DNA of 64,000 nt from Auanema rhodensis (taxonomy: Eukaryota; Animalia; Nematoda). Made by a program: the position numbers and the translations under genes. Below, piece by piece: positions 56,582-64,000 of the stretch. Every line of letters begins with the position of its first letter. Position 1 is the stretch's first letter. The stretch is from positions 21,638,001 through 21,702,000 of the forward strand of contig OZ059900.1 in assembly GCA_964057225.1 (NCBI GenBank), read 5' to 3'. A model generated the notes under the pieces. It worked only from the letters and a program-made list of their open reading frames with translations, made no database searches and was not told the DNA's origin.

Positions 56582-59500
56582 TCATTGACATTGCATGAGT
56601 TTGAACACATGAAATCGTAAGTCAAAACCTTGTTTACAGCGAAATTTTCAAAAACTGGTTTTCCAGCATAATAAAATATTTCTCATGGGAAATACTGTGT
56701 TTTTGTATTTTTCTAGTGTTCAGCATGTAAAATGCTTCATTTTAGTATGTAACACGCTGAAATTCGTTGCATTTGACGACTCATATGAACAAAAATCGAT
56801 TTAATCAATATTAGCCATAAGGGGCGTGCCCTCAGAATATGCTAATTTCCTTAATTTTCTAACCCCTGTTTTTTTGTCGTGAAAGTGGAACTAGACGTTG
56901 TACGAACAATTTTGAGCTAGGTTTCATTGACATTGCATGAGTTTGAACACATGAAATCGTAAGTCAAAACCTTGTTTACAGCGAAATTTCCAAAAACTGG
57001 TTTTCCAGCATAATAAAATATTTCTCATGGGAAATACTGTGTTTTTGTATTTTTCTAGTGTTCAGCATGTAAAATGCTTCATTTTAGTATGTAACACGCT
57101 GAAATTCGTTGCATTTGACGACTCATATGAACAAAAATCGATTTAATCAATATTAGCCATAAGGGGCGTGCCCTCAGAATATGCTAATTTCCTTAATTTT
57201 CTAACCCCTGTTTTTTTGTCGTGAAAGTGGAACTAGACGTTGTACGAACAATTTTGAGCTGGGTTTCATTGACATTGCATGAGTTTGAACACATGAAATC
57301 GTAAGTCAAAACCTTGTTTACAGCGAAATTTCCAAAAACTGGTTTTCCAGCATAATAAAATATTTCTCATGGGAAATACTGTGTTTTTGTATTTTTCTAG
57401 TGTTCAGCATGTAAAATGCTTCATTTTAGTATGTAACACGCTGAAATTCGTTGCATTTGACGACTCATATGAACAAAAATCGATTTAATCAATATTAGCC
57501 ATAAGGGGCGTGCCCTCAGAATATGCTAATTTCCTTAATTTTCTAACCCCTGTTTTTTTGTCGTGAAAGTGGAACTAGACGTTGTACGAACAATTTTGAG
57601 CTAGGTTTCATTGACATTGCATGAGTTTGAACACATGAAATCGTAAGTCAAAACCTTGTTTACAGCGAAATTTCCAAAAACTGGTTTTCCAGCATAATAA
57701 AATATTTCTCATGGGAAATACTGTGTTTTTGTATTTTTCTAGTGTTCAGCATGTAAAATGCTTTATTTTAGTATGTAACACGCTGAAATTCGTTGCATTT
57801 GACGACTCATATGAACAAAAATCGATTTAATCAATATTAGCCATAAGGGGCGTGCCCTCAGAATATGCTAATTTCCTTAATTTTCTAACCCCTGTTTTTT
57901 TGTCGTGAAAGTGGAACTAGACGTTGTACGAACAATTTTGAGCTGGGTTTCATTGACATTGCATGAGTTTGAACACATGAAATCGTAAGTCAAAACCTTG
58001 TTTACAGCGAAATTTCCAAAAACTGGTTTTCCAGCATAATAAAATATTTCTCATGGGAAATACTGTGTTTTTGTATTTTTCTAGTGTTCAGCATGTAAAA
58101 TGCTTCATTTTAGTATGTAACACGCTGAAATTCGTTGCATTTGACGACTCATATGAACAAAAATCGATTTAATCAATATTAGCCATAAGGGGCGTGCCCT
58201 CAGAATATGCTAATTTCCTTAATTTTCTAACCCCTGTTTTTTAGTCGTGAAAGTGGAACTAGACGTTGTACGAACAATTTTGAGCTAGGTTTCATTGACA
58301 TTGCATGAGTTTGAACACATGAAATCGTAAGTCAAAACCTTGTTTACAGCGAAATTTCCAAAAACTGGTTTTCCAGCATAATAAAATATTTCTCATGGGA
58401 AATACTGTGTTTTTGTATTTTTCTAGTGTTCAGCATGTAAAATGCTTCATTTTAGTATGTAACACGCTGAAATTCGTTGCATTTGACGACTCATATGAAC
58501 AAAAATCGATTTAATCAATATTAGCCATAAGGGGCGTGCCCTCAGAATATGCTAATTTCCTTAATTTTCTAACCCCTGTTTTTTTGTCGTGAAAGTGGAA
58601 CTAGACGTTGTACGAACAATTTTGAGCTAGGTTTCATTGACATTGCATGAGTTTGAACACATGAAATCGTAAGTCAAAACCTTGTTTACAGCGAAATTTC
58701 CAAAAACTGGTTTTCCAGCATAATAAAATATTTCTCATGGGAAATACTGTGTTTTTGTATTTTTCTAGTGTTCAGCATGTAAAATGCTTCATTTTAGTAT
58801 GTAACACGCTGAAATTCGTTGCATTTGACGACTCATATGAACAAAAATCGATTTAATCAATATTAGCCATAAGGGGCGTGCCCTCAGAATATGCTAATTT
58901 CCTTAATTTTCTAACCCCTGTTTTTTTGTCGTGAAAGTGGAACTAGACGTTGTACGAACAATTTTGAGCTGGGTTTCATTGACATTGCATGAGTTTGAAC
59001 ACATGAAATCGTAAGTCAAAACCTTGTTTACAGCGAAATTTCCAAAAACTGGTTTTCCAGCATAATAAAATATTTCTCATGGGAAATACTGTGTTTTTGT
59101 ATTTTTCTAGTGTTCAGCATGTAAAATGCTTCATTTTAGTATGTAACACGCTGAAATTCGTTGCATTTGACGACTCATATGAACAAAAATCGATTTAATC
59201 AATATTAGCCATAAGGGGCGTGCCCTCAGAATATGCTAATTTCCTTAATTTTCTAACCCCTGTTTTTTTGTCGTGAAAGTGGAACTAGACGTTGTACGAA
59301 CAATTTTGAGCTAGGTTTCATTGACATTGCATGAGTTTGAACACATGAAATCGTAAGTCAAAACCTTGTTTACAGCGAAATTTCCAAAAACTGGTTTTCC
59401 AGCATAATAAAATATTTCTCATGGGAAATACTGTGTTTTTGTATTTTTCTAGTGTTCAGCATGTAAAATGCTTTATTTTAGTATGTAACACGCTGAAATT

Positions 59501-60001
59501 CGTTGCATTTGACGACTCATATGAACAAAAATCGATTTAATCAATATTAGCCATAAGGGGCGTGCCCTCAGAATATGCTAATTTCCTTAATTTTCTAACC
59601 CCTGTTTTTTTGTCGTGAAAGTGGAACTAGACGTTGTACGAACAATTTTGAGCTGGGTTTCATTGACATTGCATGAGTTTGAACACATGAAATCGTAAGT
59701 CAAAACCTTGTTTACAGCGAAATTTCCAAAAACTGGTTTTCCAGCATAATAAAATATTTCTCATGGGAAATACTGTGTTTTTGTATTTTTCTAGTGTTCA
59801 GCATGTAAAATGCTTCATTTTAGTATGTAACACGCTGAAATTCGTTGCATTTGACGACTCATATGAACAAAAATCGATTTAATCAATATTAGCCATAAGG
59901 GGCGTGCCCTCAGAATATGCTAATTTCCTTAATTTTCTAACCCCTGTTTTTTAGTCGTGAAAGTGGAACTAGACGTTGTACGAACAATTTTGAGCTAGGT
60001 T
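56582..60001. repeat. 5-monomer higher-order duplication (period 1710 bp)
   Basis: Marker monomers recur 1710 bp apart: gctggg at 56924/58634, gcttta+gctggg at 57608/59318, and ttttagtc at 57950/59660. Confidence 0.85.
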
Positions 60002-61371
60002 TCATTGACATTGCATGAGTTTGAACACATGAAATCGTAAGTCAAAACCTTGTTTACAGCGAAATTTCCAAAAACTGGTTTTCCAGCATAATAAAATATT
60101 TCTCATGGGAAATACTGTGTTTTTGTATTTTTCTAGTGTTCAGCATGTAAAATGCTTCATTTTAGTATGTAACACGCTGAAATTCGTTGCATTTGACGAC
60201 TCATATGAACAAAAATCGATTTAATCAATATTAGCCATAAAGGGCGTGCCCTCAGAATATGCTAATTTCCTTAATTTTCTAACCCCTGTTTTTTTGTCGT
60301 GAAAGTGGAACTAGACATTGTATTAACAATTTTGAGCTAGGTTTCATTGACATTGCATGAGTTTAAACACATGAAATCGTAAGTCAAAACCTTGTTTACA
60401 GCGAAATTTCCAAAAACTGGTTTTCCAGCATAATAAAATATTTCTCATGGGTATTACTGTGTTTTTGTATTTTTCTAGTGTTCAGCATGTAAAATGCTTC
60501 ATTTTAGTATGTAACACGCTGAAATTCGTTGCATTTGACGACTCATATGAACAAAAATCGATTTAATCAATATTAGCCATAAGGGGGCGTGCCCTCAGAA
60601 TATGCTAATTTCCTTAATTTTCTAACCCCTGTTTTTTTGTCGTGAAAGTGGAACTAGACGTTGTACGAACAATTTTGAGCTAGGTTTCATTGACATTGCA
60701 TGAGTTTGAACACATGAAATCGTAAGTCAAAACCTTGTTTACAGCGAAATTTCCAAAAACTGGTTTTCCAGCATAATAAAATATTTCTCATGGGAAATAC
60801 TGTGTTTTTGTATTTTTCTAGTGTTCAGCATGTAAAATGCTTCATTTTAGTATGTAACACGCTGAAATTCGTTGCATTTGACGACTCATATGAACAAAAA
60901 TCGATTTAATCAATATTAGCCATAAAGGGCGTGCCCTCAGAATATGCTAATTTCCTTAATTTTCTAACCCCTGTTTTTTTGTCGTGAAAGTGGAACTAGA
61001 CATTGTATTAACAATTTTGAGCTAGGTTTCATTGACATTGCATGAGTTTAAACACATGAAATCGTAAGTCAAAACCTTGTTTACAGCGAAATTTCCAAAA
61101 ACTGGTTTTCCAGCATAATAAAATATTTCTCATGGGTATTACTGTGTTTTTGTATTTTTCTAGTGTTCAGCATGTAAAATGCTTCATTTTAGTATGTAAC
61201 ACGCTGAAATTCGTTGCATTTGACGACTCATATGAACAAAAATCGATTTAATCAATATTAGCCATAAGGGGGCGTGCCCTCAGAATATGCTAATTTCCTT
61301 AATTTTCTAACCCCTGTTTTTTTGTCGTGAAAGTGGAACTAGACGTTGTACGAACAATTTTGAGCTAGGTT
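60002..61371. repeat. Dimer duplication (2 x 685 bp) containing the only 343-bp monomers
   Basis: A gacattgtattaac monomer followed by a tttaaac+ggtatt+aaggggg(+1 G) monomer occurs at 60002/60344 and again at 60687/61029. Confidence 0.92.
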
Positions 61372-64000
61372 TCATTGACATTGCATGAGTTTGAACACAT
61401 GAAATCGTAAGTCAAAACCTTGTTTACAGCGAAATTTCCAAAAACTGGTTTTCCAGCATAATAAAATATTTCTCATGGGAAATACTGTGTTTTTGTATTT
61501 TTCTAGTGTTCAGCATGTAAAATGCTTCATTTTAGTATGTAACACGCTGAAATTCGTTGCATTTGACGACTCATATGAACAAAAATCGATTTAATCAATA
61601 TTAGCCATAAGGGGCGTGCCCTCAGAATATGCTAATTTCCTTAATTTTCTAACCCCTGTTTTTTTGTCGTGAAAGTGGAACCAGACGTTGTACGAACAAT
61701 TTTGAGCTAGGTTTCATTGACATTGCATGAGTTTGAACACATGAAATCGTAAGTCAAAACCTTGTTTACAGCGAAATTTCCAAAAACTGGTTTTCCAGCA
61801 TAATAAAATATTTCTCATGGGAAATACTGTGTTTTTGTATTTTTCTAGTGTTCAGCATGTGAAATGCTTCATTTTAGTATGTAACACGCTGAAATTCGTT
61901 GCATTTGACGACTCATATGAACAAAAATCGATTTAATCAATATTAGCCATAAAGGGCGTGCCCTCAGAATATGCTAATTTCCTTAATTTTCTAACCCCTG
62001 TTTTTTTGTCGTGAAAGTGGAACTAGACGTTGTAGGAACAATTTTGAGCTAGGTTTCATTGACATTGCATGAGTTTGAACACATGAAATCGTAAGTCAAA
62101 ACCTTGTTTACAGCGAAATTTCCAAAAACTGGTTTTCCAGCATAATAAAATATTTCTCACGGGAAATACTGTGTTTTTGTATTTTTCTAGTGTTCAGCAT
62201 GTAAAATGCTTCATTTTAGTATGTAACACGCTGAAATTCGTTGCATTTGACGACTCATATGAACAAAAATCGATTTAATCAATATTAGCCATAAGGGGCG
62301 TGCCCTCAGAATATGCTAATTTCCTTAATTTTCTAACCCCTGTTTTTTTGTCGTGAAAGTGGAACTAGACGTTGTACGAACAATTTTGAGCTAGGTTTCA
62401 TTGACATTGCATGAGTTTGAACACATGAAATCGTAAGTCAAAACCTTGTTTACAGCGAAATTTCCAAAAACTGGTTTTCCAGCATAATAAAATTATTCTC
62501 ATGGGAAATACTGTGTTTTTGTATTTTTCTAGTGTTCAGCATGTAAAATGCTTCATTTTAGTATGTAACACGCTGAAATTCGTTGCATTTGACGACTCAT
62601 ATGAACAAAAATCGATTTAATCAATATTAGCCATAAGGGGCGTGCCCTCAGAATATGCTAATTTCCTTAATTTTCTAACCCCTGTTTTTTTGTCGTGAAA
62701 GTGGAACTAGACGTTGTACGAACAATTTTGAGCTAGGTTTCATTGACATTGCATGAGTTTGAACACATGAAATCGTAAGTCAAAACCTTGTTTACAGCGA
62801 AATTTCCAAAAACTGGTTTTCCAGCATAATAAAATATTTCTCATGGGAAATACTGTGTTTTTGTATTTTTCTAGTGTTCAGCATGTAAAATGCTTCATTT
62901 TAGTATGTAACACGCTGAAATTCGTTGCATTTGACGACTCATATGAACAAAAATCGATTTAATCAATATTAGCCATAAAGGGCGTGCCCTCAGAATATGC
63001 TAATTTCCTTAATTTTCTAACCCCTGTTTTTTTGTCGTGAAAGTGGAACTAGACGTTGTAGGAACAATTTTGAGCTAGGTTTCATTGACATTGCATGAGT
63101 TTGAACACATGAAATCGTAAGTCAAAACCTTGTTTACAGCGAAATTTTCAAAAACTGGTTTTCCAGCATAATAAAATATTTCTCATGGGAAATACTGTGT
63201 TTTTGTATTTTTCTAGTGTTCAGCATGTAAAATGCTTCATTTTAGTATGTAACACGCTGAAATTCGTTGCATTTGACGACTCATATGAACAAAAATCGAT
63301 TTAATCAATATTAGCCATAAGGGGCGTGCCCTCAGAATATGCTAATTTCCTTAATTTTCTAACCCCTGTTTTTTTGTCGTGAAAGTGGAACTAGTCGTTG
63401 TACGAACAATTTTGAGCTAGGTTTCATTGACATTGCATGAGTTTGAACACATGAAATCGTAAGTCAAAACCTTGTTTACAGCGAAATTTCCAAAAACTGG
63501 TTTTCCAGCATAATAAAATATTTCTCATGGGAAATACTGTGTTTTTGTATTTTTCTAGTGTTCAGCATGTAAAATGCTTCATTTTAGTATGTAACACGCT
63601 GAAATTCGTTGCATTTGACGACTCATATGAACAAAAATCGATTTAATCAATATTAGCCATAAAGGGCGTGCCCTCAGAATATGCTAATTTCCTTAATTTT
63701 CTAACCCCTGTTTTTTTGTCGTGAAAGTGGAACTAGACGTTGTAGGAACAATTTTGAGCTAGGTTTCATTGACATTGCATGAGTTTGAACACATGAAATC
63801 GTAAGTCAAAACCTTGTTTACAGCGAAATTTTCAAAAACTGGTTTTCCAGCATAATAAAATATTTCTCATGGGAAATACTGTGTTTTTGTATTTTTCTAG
63901 TGTTCAGCATGTAAAATGCTTCATTTTAGTATGTAACACGCTGAAATTCGTTGCATTTGACGACTCATATGAACAAAAATCGATTTAATCAATATTAGCC

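Larger units (their letters stand above)
1..64000. repeat. Satellite DNA array, 342-bp monomer, about 187 monomer equivalents, head-to-tail, very homogeneous (probable centromeric/pericentromeric satellite); extends beyond both window ends
   Basis: The motif tcattgacattgcatgag recurs at 1, 343, 685, 1027 ... 63424, 63766. Bookkeeping: 185 x 342 - 13 + 2 + 506 + 235 = 64,000. No non-repeat sequence was seen. The centromeric role is inference only. Confidence 0.99.

Noticed and set aside
1-64000. CRISPR-like array
   Set aside because: There are no unique spacers; the entire 342-bp unit is repeated, and no cas genes are present.
1-64000. Sequencing or assembly artefact (concatemer or rolling-circle read of one unit)
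   Set aside because: Variants are recurrent, linked and hierarchically ordered, as in a genuine evolving array, rather than random errors. Exact copy numbers still need read validation.

Overview
The whole 64,000-bp window is one uninterrupted head-to-tail, single-orientation tandem array of a 342-bp AT-rich monomer (about 33.6% GC by hand count of monomer 1). It contains 185 complete monomers: 170 of 342 bp, 13 of 341 bp and 2 of 343 bp. It also has one fused 506-bp unit caused by a 178-bp deletion (junction 26186/26187) and a terminal 235-bp partial copy; these lengths sum exactly to 64,000. Copies differ from the consensus by about 0-6 substitutions (about 98-100% identity). There are no genes, RNA genes, transposon insertions or CRISPR spacers, and all six frames of the monomer contain stops. 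This looks like a eukaryotic satellite DNA array, plausibly centromeric or pericentromeric (inference); I cannot assign the species or family by eye. The points of interest are structural. The monomer appears to be an ancient dimer of about 171-bp halves and is dense in dyad symmetries. Diagnostic SNPs reveal local, nested higher-order repeats (2-, 3-, 4-, 5-, 6-, 9- and 13-mers), chimeric monomers and spatially segregated variant domains. I found no support for a novel protein-coding system.
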